A stretch of DNA of 64,000 nucleotides, taken from assembly GCA_024679065.1 (NCBI GenBank), contig JAGIQG010000016.1:49352001-49416000 (forward strand), given 5' to 3'. This DNA comes from Sphyrna mokarran. Taxonomy: Eukaryota. Positions 1 through 12,605 of this stretch are shown piece by piece (position 1 is the first letter of the stretch; each line of letters opens with the position of its first letter). The notes beneath the pieces are model-generated. The model did not search any database. It saw only the letters and a list, made by a program, of their open reading frames with translations, and was not told where the DNA came from. A program made the translations under genes and the position numbers.

Positions 1-96
1 CAGGATTACAGGAATAGGGCCTGAGTGGGATTGTGGTCAATACAGACTCGATAGCCAAATAACTTCTTTTGCATTGTAGGGATTGTATGATTCTAT
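1..96 (+). mobile_element. 3' tail of V-SINE (HE1-like, CR1-type tail), cut by window edge
   Basis: gggcctgagtgggattgtggtc...cagactcgat...tgtagggattgtatgattctatg matches the tails of full copies at 25678, 33170 and 41411. Confidence 0.8.
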
Positions 97-1149
97 GTGC
101 ACACTAAAACAAATTTGGCCCATGTCGAACCCGTGTTAAATATATTCTGCTTATTAAATTTATATTCAACTACATGCAACACATGTTTAGTATAGTTGAA
201 TATATTTTAACTATTTTGAACCTATTGATTCCATTTAAAAATATGTCCAAAAATAGTTCAGTTGAACACTTGTTAAATTCATGTTGAAATAAGCCTTCAT
301 TAAATAATTGGTAGAGAAATGTCACACAAAATTAAGCATTGATACACTAATATCAGCAATAACATTTTCCAATTATCGGAATAAGGGATAGCCAATTCAT
401 TATTAACAGCTATCTCACTAGTTTTCCCTTTGTAAAATTACACAAGCCTTACTGAGAAAGTTGCATTCGTGCAACATTAAAAGGCCTGTGTGATGTTTCA
501 TCATCAAACACTTGTCAAGTATTGGTATGAATAATACAGCATTCCCAGTATCAGCTGCTACAATAACTCCTGATATCACGCTGGTCTTAATTACTTGATT
601 CAGAAACTCCATGAGTAATTATTACCAAAACCAGCACTGAAAACAAAGGTTTAAATTTGAGGATTAAACATTGTGAAAAAAATTACTAGATTTTGACGTA
701 TTAACTGTTAATATCACATCACATTGTCCATGGAGAAAACATAAAAAAGGTGGTGCCTTTGACATGTGACTATCTCTATATTTATTTCATTTTGTTTTTC
801 CTTTGCCATACTGTGAGATACGCACTCTTCTATCGTGCTTTTCCTTTCTGCATGCTATCAACGTGCACCTCACTTGCAGACATTTCCTCACTGTTCATTG
901 TCTAGAAGTTGGTATTGATGTTCATAGGTCAATGCTTGTGTGTTCCTATGATGTTCCTTTATCTTCACTTTTAACAGAGCCCATTTAAAACAATATGGCT
1001 ATTGCTCACTTGAATTACCAAGGGGATATCATACAAATCTTATCAACAGTAATTTACATGAGAACTAGGGGTTAAGTATTTTCTTCTATTTCATATGATC
1101 ATGGCTGATCTCAACTCCACTCACATGCCTGTTCACCATAGCCCCTCAA

Positions 1150-1482
1150 ATCAGAGGGGGTTAGAGGAATAGTGTTGCGGGGTTGCGTGGCTGGCCGCAA
1201 TCAAGCTGGCCAGCAATCGGAGGCTGGTAGGGCAGTGCTACTGTACACGCGCCGATGTCCAGTGTGACAGATCAGCGCATATGCAGTGGCCCACTCAGCG
1301 CTACGCTGCTGGCCTTTCCAATGGGAATAGGCTCTACTCACTGATTTTTATTGTGATTCACGCTGAGGCATTCTACAGTGCACACAGTGTGGGAGATTCA
1401 GTTTGAAAATCCCACTGAAGAAACCAGTGGAATTTAATCCAGTTTTTAATCAAATTCGGCACTTATTTTGGTAGAATTCTGG
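1150..1482. mobile_element. Fragment of non-autonomous DNA transposon (Harbinger-like), same family as 15641-16589
   Basis: Shared sequence gcgccgat...tgacagatcag.gcat...cagtggcc...cagcgcta with 16360-16560; ends ...gtagaattctgg. Confidence 0.6.
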
Positions 1483-1696
1483 ACATAACTTCTCTACATC
1501 TCTGCTCTAGATCTGCCACCTCTTATCATAAACCTCTTGTTCTAGATTGCCTACAAGAGGAAACATTCTCTCCACTTTTACTTTGTCAATCTCCTTAACT
1601 TCTTGTGCACCTCAATTATATCTCCTCTCATTCTTCTATAATCCAGGGAGTATATGCCTAAGCAGCCCAATCTTTCATCACAAGGCAAACCCCTCA

Positions 1697-1950
1697 TAGA
1701 AACTAGAAGCAGGAGTAGGCTATTTGGCCCTTCGAGTCTGCTCCGCATTCATTTTAATCATGGCTGATAATCAAAATCAATCTCTTGATTCCACCTTTTC
1801 CTCATATTTCTTAGTCCCTTTAGCCACAACAGCTATATCTAATTTCTTCTTGAACTCACACAATGTTTAGGCCTCAACTACTTTCTGTGGTAGTGACTTC
1901 CACACATTCACCATTCCCCGGGTGAAGAAATTTCTCCTCACCTCAGTCCT
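1697..1950 (-). mobile_element. CR1 3' end inserted in the older CR1
   Basis: catagaaactagaagcaggagtaggc...ggcccttcgagtctgctccgc tail plus gtgaagaaatttctcctca (RRNFFT on minus). Confidence 0.75.
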
Positions 1951-2231
1951 ATCCGCACTTGTTTATATTAAACTCCATCTGCCAGATTTTGCCCCATCAA
2001 TGAAGGTTTCCATATTCATTTGTAAACTTCTTACTTGATTTTTGTAACTTATTATCCCACCTGTTTTAGCATCATCTGCAAATTTGGGTATGGTACCTAT
2101 TTTCTTGTGTTCAAATCATTTATGTAGATTGTAAAAAGTTGGTGTGTGAGAATTGTAACTAGCCCCACTAGTTACACCCTGCCAACTAGAAAAAGACCCA
2201 TTTATCCCAACTCTCTGGTTTCTGTTTGTTA

Positions 2232-3881
2232 GTACAATAAGAAGTCTCACAACACCAGGTTAAAGTCCAACAGGTTTATTTGATAGCACTAGCTTTCAGA
2301 GCCTCAAGCTCTTTCTTCATATGAGTGAAGAGTTGTGTCCACAAACAGGGCATAGAAAGGTACAAACTCAATTTATAAGGTATTAGCTGGAATGTGAGTC
2401 TTTACAGGTAATCACATCTTAAAGATACAAGCAATGTGAGTGGAGAGAGAGTTAAGCATAGGTTAAAGAGGGTTAAGCACAGGTTAGAGAGATATATTTT
2501 CTTCCTTTGGTCTCATAGTGAAAAGTCACTGAAATAACTATATGATGACATCAACAAGTTCCATGCCACCATTAGATTCACCATGTACTGCTCTCTGGAA
2601 TCTATTGCATTCTTGGACACAGGCATCTCTACCAAGGATGGTCACCCCAGCACCTCACTTTACTGCAAGTCCATGGATAATCTCACAATGCTTCACTTCT
2701 CCAACTTCTACCCTGAATACATTAAAGAATCATTCCCTACAGACAAGCCCTTTGTATGCATAGGATCTGCTCAGATGAGGAGGATCATAACAGACATAGC
2801 TTTAAATTAAGGGATGGTAGTTATAGGACGGATGTTAAAGGTGGGTTCTTTACTCAAAGGATAGTAAAGGTGTGGAATGCCCTGCCTGCAGCAGTTGTGG
2901 ACTCGTCAAGTTTAAGGGCGTTCAGATGGTCAGTGGATAGGCATATAGATAGCATTGGAATAGTTTAAGTTAGAGGGTCATAAAATTGGTTCCACTGGTT
3001 GGCGCAACATCAAGGGCCGAAGGGCCTGTACTGCACAGGAATGTTCTATGTTCTAAGACACCTACAGATGCTGAAAAATGCCCTCATAAGAACAGAATAT
3101 GGTACTCAACTCATCAATTGACAATTCTGATGCATCACAGAGAAAAACCACACTGACCTCCTCAGAAGACAAACACGGGATACAGCAGACAGAGTACCCT
3201 TCGTCGTCCAGGATTTCCCCTGAACGGAGAAGCTACAACATCTTCTCTAGAGCCTTTAATGAAGATGAACATCTCGCCAAGGCCATCCCCACACCCCCAC
3301 TTCTTGCTTTCAAACAACCGCACAACCTCAAATAGACCATTGTCCGCAGCAAACTACCCAGCTTTCAGGAGAACAGTAACCACGATATCACACAGATCTG
3401 CCACAGCAACCTCTGCAAGGGCACATACTCTTGTGACTCGGCCAACGTTGACTACTGATATGCTGCAGGAAAGGATGTCCCAAGTTATGGTACATTGGGG
3501 AGGTCATGCAGATGCTACAACAACGAATGAATGAACATTGCTCAACAGTCACCAGGCAGGAATGTTTCCTTTCAGTTGGGGAACACTTCAGCAGTCATGG
3601 GCATTTAGCCTCTGATCTTTGGGTAAGTGGCCTTCTTGACACACAACAACGCAAAATTGCTGAGCAGAAACTGATGGCCAAAGACTCGCATTCCAACCAT
3701 TATCTTGTAAATTGAGTTTGTGTCTGTATATGCCCTGTTTGTGAACACAACTCCTCACTCACCTGAAGAAGAAGCTTGAGCCTCTGAAAGCTGGTGCTGC
3801 CAAATAAACCTGTTGGACTTTAGCCTAGTGTTGTGAGACTTCTTATTGTGCTTATTTCAGTCCAACGCCGGCATCTCCACA
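2232..3881 (+). mobile_element. Penelope-like element (PLE): inverted pseudo-LTR followed by sense RT C-terminus, GIY-YIG and pseudo-LTR
   Basis: SIAFLDTGISTKDGHPSTSLYCKSMDNLTMLHFSNFYP (PLE RT end) and QRMNEH...VGEHFSSHGH (GIY-YIG). Terminal aataaacctgttggacttta.cct.gtgttgtgagacttctta is present in both orientations. TSD ttctgtt(t/g)gtta at 2220-2231 and 3882-3893. Confidence 0.9.
2797..3055 (+). mobile_element. Young CR1 3' end nested in the Penelope element
   Basis: FKLRDGSYRTDVKGGFFTQRIVKVWNALPAAVV...IGIV* plus (tgttcta)n tail; flanked by AGACA at 2792-2796 and 3056-3060; same subfamily as 46087-48345. Confidence 0.9.
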
Positions 3882-5769
3882 TTCTGTTGGTTACCCAATC
3901 CTCTATGCAAGCTTTTAATTTACCCCTAATCCCTTGCAATTTTACCTTGCATGTTAACCTTTTGTGTGGCACCTTATAAAGTACTTTATGGAATCCAGAC
4001 ATACGACATCCAGAAGATCCCCATTATCCATCTTGCTTGTTACATTTTCAAAGAACTCTAGCAAATTAGTCAAACATGGTATGCGCTTCATAAAACCATT
4101 CTGATTCTGATGGACTGCATTTTGACTTTCCATATGTCCTGTTATTATTTCCTTTGTAATGGATTCTAACAATTTCCTAAAGACATATGTTAATTTAATT
4201 GGCCTGTAGTTTCCTACATTTTGCCTCCCTTCCTTTTTGAATAGGGCATCCCAATCCACTGGAACCTTTTCCACATCCAGGGAATTTTAAAATATTGTAA
4301 CTAATGGATCCATTATCTCCCATGCCAATTCCTTTAGAATTGTAGGCTGTAAGCCAACACGCCCTGGGGACTTGGGGCATACTTTAAATTCCAATATTTT
4401 GCTCAGTATCTTTTCCCTAGTGATGATGGCAGTTCTAATGTTCCTCTCTTCATATAACCTTTGCATTTTCTGTTCTATTGGGATGGCACTCGTGTCCTCC
4501 ATCATCTCAGCCATTTCTTTGCTCCCCACTATTAACACCTCAGCCTCATTTTCTAAGGGACCAACACCCACTTTAAATACTCTCTCCTCTTTATATACTT
4601 AAAAGCTTTTGCTGTCAGTTTTTATATTTTGCTAATTTTCTTTTGTAATTTATCTTGACTCTTCCCATTACTTTTTTAATGGCTATTTGTTGATCTGTAT
4701 AAGCTTCCCAATCTTCCAGTCTGCCACTGGCCTTTCCAATAAGGCATGCTTAGTTTTTGTCTTTGTTATCCTTAATCTTGCTTAGCCATGAAGGCATTCC
4801 TCTCTTCCCATTTTTCCTCCTTTCGTGAAAGAGTAAACTTCTCTCTTTCTTTCTAAATGACTGCATTCTTTCCTCTCAATCTCATGTAAACCTGGAGCCT
4901 TACACTACTTCAAATCTTGGTTTAGGGAGAGATAATGAAATTGCATTCATATAGCACCTTATCATGTGCCCAAATTCCTGATGAGAAGCACTTTATAAAC
5001 AAATAAATAACTTCTGAAGTGAAGTTGCTGTTGTTACACAGACAGACACAATAACAATTTAGGGTTGAACTGGCTTCTTGAATGACTGACCAACTGCCAC
5101 TCAACAACAAGGATGCCCTGAGGTTTTGAGGCCCCATCAACCTCTCGGGTGAGCTGTGGGCTGTCAGATATTTTCTGATGCAGCTCACTGGATTAAGGGC
5201 TCAGGAGTGAGCCAGGCCAATTACCATAATGCTAATTTGCAGTCAAGGAGAAGTGGGTGGATGGATTTGGTGGCACCTACGCAGAGGGCAGGTGAGTTTT
5301 TGTCAGTCCCTGAATAGCACTCATGTTCATCCAAAGTCCACAACACTTATCTTTGGCAGAGCTCTTTGGTTCCATCACCCATGGACAACTGCAGTGTGCA
5401 GTTGTCAGGCCTCGTAAATAGTGTGTACTGGCTCTACTTGAAATTACTCCAAAGACAAAACTTATCCTTTTGTTGGCAACCTATAAAAAACTGTTTAGAT
5501 GACAATAAGACCAAGAGAACTTTAGCATGCCAGGCACTGACCATTTTTCAAGACGGGTCTTCCACAGACTTTAGGTTCCTATTAAAGGGCTGCCTTTTTA
5601 AGGTGGTCGCTGCTAATGCTTGAACATCGCTGAAGCCAATATGATGTTTGACATAATTCAGGTGCCTTTGGGGTGTGGAACTTAGCCCCAGAAAATTGGA
5701 TCCTTTTGCTCCAGTTTTACATTTGAAAACAAGGTTCCACTTCTCTCCCTATGATTATTGTTCCTGCTC

Positions 5770-6035
5770 CAGGATTTGAGTGTATGATCTGGAGTTAGAC
5801 TTCAGTGTAGTATGAAGAGAGTGCTGTACTAATGGAGATGTCCTTCTTTAATAAGGCGTTAAATAAAATACCTACTTTCTCATTTAGATAGATGCAAACG
5901 ATCCCCTGGTACTCATTAAAAAAAACATGCAAGTTCCTTTCTGTCCGATTCATCAATTCTCTCTGATTGTGTGTCAAATATAATTTACCATGCAGTGGTT
6001 CGGGATATCTTGAGGGCACGACAAGCCATTATGGA
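5770..6035 (+). mobile_element. Degraded DeuSINE (SacSINE1-like)
   Basis: cagtgtagtatgaagagagtgctgtact...aaggcgttaaa...gatcccctggtact resembles the recalled Deu-domain consensus. Confidence 0.55.
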
Positions 6036-7769
6036 ACAAAGACTGAAGTGAACGGCTGTCCCTGCATATTCCTTTGTTTAAAACTAGGCAAAGCAACTTA
6101 GCCACTGCCTAGTACAGACTTAATATTGTATAGAAAAGAACAGGAATTTGCATCTCCTGTTGTAACCTGTCACCAGCATTGTGGGGCTGACAAGTCTGGT
6201 TCCAGTGTTAATGTTGCTGAGTGCATTACATTCTGTTGCACCTAATTAAGAAACAGACTCAGCTCCAGGAAATTGTTCATGACTGGTGTTGTCTCGTGGG
6301 CTGAACAATGAAGTCCACAATATAAAGTGTGCATTGTGAATGGTTTGGGGATGTGGGAATAATGGAAATTTATTGAGGAAACTGCAAATTCAAATATCAC
6401 TCAACAAGTCAGTCATTTAGTTAATCACTGAAATGTTAGTCAGATGCACTGAACAAGCAATTTCATTTCAAATTAATTGCTGAAATTTCAAAACTTTATT
6501 CAAAAGTGGCTCAACACTAATTTTAATAAATTTAAGTTTGTAACAAGCAATGAAATAAAATGAAATAAATTTCCATTTTAGTTTGTAACTATCCCACTCT
6601 GAGTTTTTTACTTATCAAAGTAAAATTGCTATTCTCAGAATAAAATAGTAACAATCCATGAATTAAAAAAACACAATTACTATCATTGTTGGTCAATGTC
6701 AATTATTTGACATTAATTGTCAACTTTTTTGACAAAGGCATTAACCCAACTTAAAATAAAGCAGATAAAGAAAACCCTTCTCCTGCTAACGTCAGCAATA
6801 GTCGCATCTAATTTCAAACATTTAACATGGGCATGCAACATATGTAGTGTAAATATTAAGTTCTTTATCTGTATTTTGAAATGTTGATTACTATTGCAGC
6901 AGTAGTAGTTAAACATAAACTTGATCCACATATATTCACACTACCGTTGTAATTAAAATTTATTATTCTGTTTAAAGGCACTGGAATGGAGATGACTAAC
7001 TTTCCATTGCAAGTTTAATAGTGGCTACAATATCAATACGGGAACTTCCTGCTATTCAATACATTTGAATGGGGAGCCAGATGATGAGATGTCATTTCTG
7101 TGCAGTTCAGAGTGGCGATGCATCTCAGATAGCAGCTTCTGGATTTTTGTAACTAGCTGTGTTCACCAAAAATTGCTGTCTGGTTTGTACATAAATGATG
7201 ATAAGTGTTCTTAACCTTACCATTACTTTCATAGCAGAATCCAAAATCACAAATTTTTTTTGGTTAGCAATCCTAAAAATGCAAATAGAAATCTTTCAAC
7301 ACTCATAAAAATTGTTTTTTTTTCCCCAACTTGCTTTTAGAATTCCTGAGTGCTATTACTTGAGGAAAACATGCTTCTGAAAAGAATGTAGAACAACTTC
7401 AATTCATACATTGTCCGTGTCTAAAGTATATATTACTAAATAAGGCCTAAATATGTAACTCGGGAAACAAGCCTTTTGAATGGCAGTTGATTGTCAACAA
7501 AGGTCCCCATGGATGTCAAATGCTCTAATCCACCACATTTGAACTCAGTTGAATAGATTGAATAGATGGTGATTCAGTATCATCTGATTTTTTTGGAGAA
7601 ACCAAACTCTTTTCTTCTGTCAACTGTGAATGTCAGAAGGTCTTGGCATTGAGAAGGCAGCAAAATTGTTAACTGTTTCACTGAGCACTTAAAATGAACA
7701 GAACTGTTTTGTCTATGATGAACAACAGTACAGTGTCCTTTTCTTTATTTTGTCTTGTTCTCAGCAGAA

Positions 7770-9000
7770 TGAATACAAATGGAACTATCAAAAAAAAAGT
7801 TTTGGATTGGGAGAGTGAGGATTTTAGTAAAATAATACTGGCCAAGGTAGACTGGAAACAGCTATTTGTAGAGAAATCTACAGAAGAGTAGCAGGGGGTG
7901 AGGAGTTGGGGGGGGCATGGATTCAAAAAGGAAATGGGGCAGTATAGGCCCAATATGTTCCCCCTAAGGTGATAGGAAGAATTAACAAACACAGAGAACC
8001 ATGGATGGCTAGAGATACTCAGGGTATGATGAGAAGGAAAAGAGAGGCTTTTAGCAGGTATAAGGGGAGCAAATCAGCGGAGGCATTAGTGGAATACAAA
8101 AAGTGCAGGGTGGAGTTAAGAAGACAATAAGGAGATCAAAGAGGTGATATAACAAAGCTCTGGCTGGTAAAAGTAGGGAAAATCCCAAGATATTCTGTAA
8201 GTGTATCAATGAAAAGAGGATAACCAGAGAAAGTGTAGGGTGCACTAGGGACCAAAGGCACAATCGATGTGTGGTGTTAGAGGACATCAATAGAGTGCTG
8301 AACGAGTACATCATATCTATCTGCTTCTCAAGAGAATGGAGGATGAAGGTAGGGATGCAGGAAGAGAGATTGCAAAGTTTGTGAGCAAATTGACATAGAG
8401 AAGAACAAGGTATTGGAGGCACTGGCAGGCTTAAAAGTGGACAAATCCCCATGGCCAGGTGAATTGTGTGCTAGACTGCTGTGGGAGGCAAGGGAAGAGA
8501 TTGCAGGGATTCTGACCAAAACTTTTAAATACTCTCTGGCCACAGTGGAGGTGCCAGAGGATCGGGAAACAGCTAATGTGGTTCTGCTATTTAAGAAGAG
8601 TTGCTAAGATTAGCCAGGGAATTGCAGACCAGTGAAACCAGTGGTAGGGAAACTACTGGAGAAAATTCTGAAGGACAGAATCTATCTCTAGTTGGACTGG
8701 CTCAGTTTGAGCAGGGATAGTGAGCATGACTTTGTAAAAAGGATGTCATGCCTAGCAAATTTCATTGATTGTACACCAGGTGAGGGTTATACAATTGATG
8801 TAGTCTACGGATTTCAGCAAACCTTCGAAAAGGTCCCAGACTTATAAAGAAGGCAAATGTATATGGGATGCAAGGTAATTTGAGGAGGTGGATTCAAAAT
8901 TGTCACAGTTGTGGAATACCGAAGGCGATGACAGAAGGCTGCTTTAGTATTTGGAAACCAGTGTCCAGGGGCATATCAAAGGGATCTGTGCTGGGTCATG
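7770..9000 (+). mobile_element. Degraded CR1 ORF2 fragment (linker and RT N-terminal half)
   Basis: [30 protein letters not shown]...VPEDRETANVVLLFKK and WKPVSRGISKGSVLG; many stops and frameshifts. Confidence 0.9.
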
Positions 9001-9724
9001 CTACACAAGCAGAGTGGCCTTTTTTTACACTGATACTGAGGTTCTGCTCTAAATGCGGAGTCACGATTCAATGTGATTTCTGTAGAGGAATGATAGTCCC
9101 TCAAGGAAGAAACCCCAATGAGTTTGCTTCTGAGCCATGCCACACTCCGATTTCAGATTAATACCCCAAAAACCAGCAAAACGACATCACACTGATTATC
9201 CCACTGTGAGATATCCCACAGTTCCTGTGAAATTAGAAATACATTTTAAATGACTTTCACAACAATTCTACAATTACATGGAAGAAAGATATATAATCTG
9301 CTACAGTTTAGCAAGGAGACTACACTTTTGTGTGAAATCTTTTGTAGCATGGGATTACCACACGGTGGCACTGGCATTTTTTGGGAATAAGAATTTAACA
9401 TCAATATTGTTACATCCTGTATTACTTTGATTAACATGTAATTAAATTTTGGCTTCACATTTTCCTAACAAAAACAAAAAGTTCACAGCTAATTATCTAA
9501 AATAAACATTTACACATTTTTAGTTGAAAAACCAGAATAGTAATATGAATTTACATTCCCATTTGGATCTTTGAGCACTGAGATTAGATATCACAAATTC
9601 AACAATGCAGTACCTGTGATTTTGTATTTTAATGGCCAGAGGATATGGGGAGTAACAACTGACTATCTGGTGTCTGTATTAAGTGAACAGCATTATGTAA
9701 CACAACAACATCATCATAGAGTCA

Positions 9725-10217
9725 TAAAATGTTTTTCAAACCAAACGTCTGTGACCAGCAGTGTGTCTCAGAGATCAGTGCTGGGGTCCACTGTTATTTG
9801 TCATTTATATTAATGATTTGTTCTGAGAATATAGGAGGCATGGTTATTAAGTTTGCAGGTGATACCTAGACTGGTGGCATAGTGGACAGTGAAGAAGGTT
9901 ATCTAGGATTATCTAGGATAGGGCCTGTTTCTGTACTGTAATTTTCTTTGTTCTTTGTTCTTTGTAATGGGACCTTGATCAGTTGGGCCAGTAGGCTGAT
10001 GAATGGCAGATGGAGTTTAATTTAGATAAATGTAGGTGATGCATTTTGGTGGATCAAATCAGGGCAGGACTTACTCAGTTAACGGTAAGGCATTGGGGAT
10101 AGAGGGAAATGATCCAAATGCAGGCAACTGGGACTAACTTAGTGGTTAAAAAAAACGATGGCATGGACACGTTGGAGCAAAGGGCCTGTTTCCATACTCT
10201 AGACCTCTGTGACTCTA
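9725..10217 (+). mobile_element. Degraded CR1 RT fragment and 3' tail
   Basis: SVTSSVSQRSVLG...aagtttgcaggtgatac (KFADD-like), gaatggcagatggagtttaat (EWQMEFN), CR1-type tail. Confidence 0.85.
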
Positions 10218-10961
10218 AGTGCACTGCATCATCAATTAGTACTATATCTATCATAGCATTTAATATCAGACTGTGGCTATGTCAAAATGGGAACAGAAAA
10301 GCAGGGCAGGTGATGGCAGAGCATATTGATGTATGAGAGCATTGACACAGAACACTACAAACTGAACAAAGGGATATTCAGCTGAAATCATTGATTTGTT
10401 AGCAGATGGATGTAGAGCAAAAGATGGAACCTTGTTCACCCTCTAAAGTCAGCTTGTGGATGAACTTCAAAGGTAATCCATTGGTTAAAACATCCTGCAG
10501 ACTTGATCAAATATAAATGTTTCTTTCTCTCAGTCAAATAATAGTGAATTAAATAGGACTAAAAAGTCTGATGTGCACCTACCAACGATGAAGTCAACAA
10601 TTTAACCCATTAAGGGGGTCAACTGAACACAATTTTACACAAACCATCTGCTTTTATGTTTTGCGGGCAGGCCGATTGGCTAGGCAGCCTTTACATTTTC
10701 ACACTATTTGGGCTGAAATAAAATTCAAAAATGTGTCTGAAGACTGAGATTTTTGTTTGAACATGTTGTTTAGTTTTTCTATCATAATTTATCTTTTGCA
10801 GCTCCCTGAGACTCCAAGGTGGCTGCTCCCCTGAGGGAACACATGAGAAACACCAGCCCATACCCTGCCTCTTCTCAGCGCCCACCTTCTTCCCACCGTC
10901 CCTGATCATGCTGAACATATCATCAGCACATGTCTCACTACACCCCCTCTCCCCACCCGAC

Positions 10962-11300
10962 TCTGTAACCTCCACAACTTGTCTGGGCTTGCGAAATCTC
11001 ACTAACTGTCCTGGCTGGAGACAAAACATGCCTCTTTAACCTGTGCTAAACCCTCTCTCCACTCACATTGTCTGTACCTTTAAGACTTGATTACCTATAA
11101 AGATTCGCATTCTAACCATCATCTTGTAAATTGAGTTTGTGTCTATATAAGCCCTGTTTGTGGACACAACTCCTCACTCACCTGAAGAAGGAGTGACACT
11201 CTGAAAGCTTGTGCTACCAAATAAACCAGTTGGACTTTAACCTGGTTTTGTGAGACTTCTTATGTGCCCATCCCAGTTCAATGCTAGCATCTCCACATCA
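10962..11300 (+). mobile_element. Penelope-like element 3' end / pseudo-LTR
   Basis: High similarity to 22790-23091 and 3690-3881; contains CTGAAGA...GAAAGCTT hammerhead-like core at 11182-11210. Confidence 0.9.
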
Positions 11301-12300
11301 TGGTGGTTATTTGGCCAGCCAATGCAAAATCATGTTACTGGGCCAACCATGGCTGGAAGCACATTTTGTGCCCATTTCCAGGCCAGGCCAGTGCCTTTGC
11401 CTGAGAAATCGAAAATTCAGGCCTTTGTCTGAAATTGCAGCCAATGCCAAACTCAGTGCTATTTTGAGTTTAATGCCCAACCTCATTTTTGGACAAAGAG
11501 TAACAGGTGAACTTTTATCACCTATTTCTGGATTAGATTTAAAACCAAATTTCAGAGGTTAAAGATAACACTCCAATTCCTCAGAAACCATTAGTAATCT
11601 ATTAACATCAAATTTCTGGGGACATTTATCTGATACTTGGAAACGTGATGAACAAAAAAAAAGAGCACAGTCAATCATTCTCACTGGATTTTCTGATATC
11701 TAGTTAGAATTCTACAAGCAATTTCTAATCCATGCACTGTTTTCACCAAGAAGCAATGAAGCTGAGGCTATACGTATTCTTCTCCCAAAAGCATTCAAGA
11801 GAATATTTCAAAGGTTAACATTTATTTTTCCATTCTATCAGGGCATCAATATAACTTGACTTCTTAATTGATTCATCATTTTGGTAATTTCCTGGATTCA
11901 TCAAGGTCAAGGATAAAAAGTGCTGGGGGATAAAACAGATCATTCAATTAATGCACCCGAGTGTCAGTATCAATCATCATCAAATCTGATATAGAATGAT
12001 CTAAAGTAGGCAAACTACCATCTGCGCTGTTCCCACAATGCACATTGAAGGTTCGTTTACCAATCCCTATGCTAGCAGCATTCAAAAGCTGGATAGAACA
12101 GAGATTCTGCTATGTTAAATCCAGCCAGGATCCTCCTCAAACACAGCTCTTACTGGGAGGGTACAGTCAATTTCAACGTCAATTTCAATTCCCCCTCCTA
12201 TACCAACCCATTTCAATTTCTCACAAAAACCACGCTGATGATTCTGCAAGTAAGTGAACTTATCTGAAATTCAGTCTGTGGGAATTAATGTATCAGTACA

Positions 12301-12605
12301 GGCGGCACAGTGGTTAGCACTGCTGCCTCACAGCTCCAGGGACCCAGGTTTGATTCCTGGCTTGGGAATCAACATGTTCTGTGTGGAATCTATATGTTCT
12401 CCCCACGGGTTTCCTCTGGGTGCTCCAGTTTCCTCCCATACATCTGAAAGATGCGCTGGTTAGGTGCATTGGCCATGCTAAATTTTCCCTCAGTATATCC
12501 CAACAGGTGCCGGAGTATAGCGACTAGGGGATTTTTACAGTAACTTCATTGCAGTATTAATAAAAGCCTACTTTGTGACACTTATAAATAAACTTTAAAA
12601 CTTTA
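12301..12605 (+). mobile_element. V-SINE, tail type B
   Basis: tRNA-like head ggcggcacagtggttagcactgctgcctcacag, V-domain gggtttcctctgggtgctccagtttcctccc, tail ...gcctactttgtgacacttataaataaactttaaaacttt. Confidence 0.9.

Larger units (their letters stand above)
1090..4790 (-). mobile_element. Old degraded CR1 LINE (RT region and 3' end), interrupted by several younger insertions
   Basis: Minus ORF fragments read VPVDW...LFKKEGRQNVGNYRPIKLT...GFMKRIPCLTNLLEFFENVTSKMDNG and KVPHKRL...GIRGKLKACIEDW. CR1 sequence is continuous across the Penelope insertion (2231/3882). Confidence 0.85.

Noticed and set aside
12301-12365. tRNA genes suggested by A/B boxes at SINE heads
   Set aside because: Each is followed by the V-domain and a LINE-like tail, so these are SINEs rather than tRNA genes.
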